DNA from: Mobula hypostoma
Taxonomy: Eukaryota
Assembly (NCBI RefSeq): GCF_963921235.1
Contig: NC_086109.1
Location: 6,078,001-6,142,000 of the forward strand
Reading direction: 5' to 3'
Length of the DNA stretch: 64,000 nucleotides
The position numbers and the translations under genes are program-made. Shown here one piece after another: positions 62,650-64,000 of this stretch. Numbering within the stretch: the stretch's first letter is position 1; every line of letters begins with the position of its first letter. Under the pieces are notes generated by a model. The model was not told the DNA's origin. It did not search any database and was given only the letters and a program-made list of their open reading frames with translations.

Positions 62650-64000
62650 TGACTTGTGTCCTGAGCTGCATATGTTTCAATGTAAAAATGATCGTAGGAA
62701 AGGCAGGTAACAGTGTTGAAGATGAGGTAGCTGGTTTACAAACAGAGGCGATGTGTAGTGAGGAGAGGCTGCTGAAAGGACAAAATTGCAGACAACAGGA
62801 TGAGTTGCAATGTAAAAGGCGGACAAAATCGAAAAGGATGAATACAGGACTGAAGGTGTTGTATTTGAATGCACGTAGTATGCAGAATAAGGTAGATGAA
62901 CTTGCAGCACAGTTGTGGATTGGCAGGTATGATGTTGTAGGCATCACTGAATCGTGGCTGAAAGAGGATTATAGCTGGGACCTTAAAGTTCAAGGATACA
63001 CGTTGTATCAAAAGGACAGGCAGGAAAGCAGAGGGGGCAGTGTTGCTCTGTTGGTAAGAAATGAAATCAAATCATAAGAAAGAGGTAACAGGGTTGAAAG
63101 GGTTGAATCATTGTGGAGAGAGCTAAGGAACTGCAAGAGTAAAAAGAGTTGTATATACCGACCCCACTAAAGGATCAGCTATTCTGGATTGGGCGATGTG
63201 CAAAGAACCAGAATTGATTAGAGACCTTAAGATAAAAGAACCCTTGGGGGAAAGTGATCATAATATGAATGAATTCACCCTGAACTTTGAGAAGGACAAG
63301 CTGAAGTCAGATGTATCAGTATTACAGTGGAGTACAGGGAATTACAGCGGCATGAGAGAGGAGTTGGCCAGAATTGATTGGAAAAGAACACTGGCAGGGA
63401 TGATGGCATGATGATAGAGCAGCAATGGCTGGAATTTCTGGAAGCAATTCAGAAGGCACAGGATATATACATCCCAAAGAGGAAGAAGTATTCTAAAGGA
63501 AAGATGGTACAACCATGGCTAACAAGAGAAGTCAAAACCAACATAAAAGCCATGGAGAGGGCATATAATAGAGCAAAAATTCATGGGAAGTTAGAGGTTC
63601 GAGAAGCTTTTAAAAACCAACAGAAGGTAATTTAAAAAGTCATTAAAAAGGTAAAGGTAGAATGCAAAAGTAAGCTAGACAATAATTTTAAAGAGAATGC
63701 CAAAAGTTTCTTCAGGTAAATAAAGTGTAAGAGAGAGGCGAGAGTGGATATCGGACTGCTGAAAAACAATGTAGGAGAGGTAGTATTGTACTGGGGAACA
63801 ACAAAATAGTGGATGAACTGAATAAGTATTTTGCATCATTCTTCACAGTAGAGGACACTAGCAGTATGATGGCAGTTCCAGGTGTCAGGGGTCATGAAGT
63901 GTGTGAAGTTACCGTAACTAGAGAGAGGGCTCTTTGGAAATGGAAAGATCTGAAGGTAGATAAATCACCTGCACCACCTCTTCTGAAAGAGGTAGCTAAA
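62650..64000 (+). mobile_element. Degenerate CR1 LINE, endonuclease region and linker
   Basis: LKVLYLNARSMQNKVDEL..VVGITESWL; EPLGESDHN; WLEFLEAIQKAQ; multiple stops and deletions. Confidence 0.9.

Overview
Repeat-dense vertebrate genomic DNA. The mix of HE1-like V-SINEs, CR1, Rex1/Babar and hammerhead-bearing Penelope elements points to a cartilaginous fish, probably a ray (inference). Only one host gene segment is recognisable: the first coding exon of a MAPKAP kinase (MAPKAPK2/3) on the minus strand at 4710-4495, in a CpG island with a tandem CRE; its intron 1 runs off the left edge. The remaining ~59 kb upstream is nested mobile DNA: CR1, Rex1/Babar, RTE and L2 LINE pieces, SINEs, Tc1 and hAT elements and MITEs, a Gmr1-type Gypsy element with a solo LTR, and a deleted Mag-like LTR element. 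A few non-repeat islands carry CTCF, MARE/AP-1 and STAT motifs. The most notable structures are Penelope fold-back insertions with oppositely oriented minimal hammerhead ribozymes (one enclosing ~700 bp of unrelated DNA inside a 16-bp target duplication), a Gmr1 element whose gag-protease frame stays open while IN and RT are gutted, and an in-frame upstream CUG on the kinase. Family assignments come from recognised motifs, not database searches; boundaries of old repeats are approximate.
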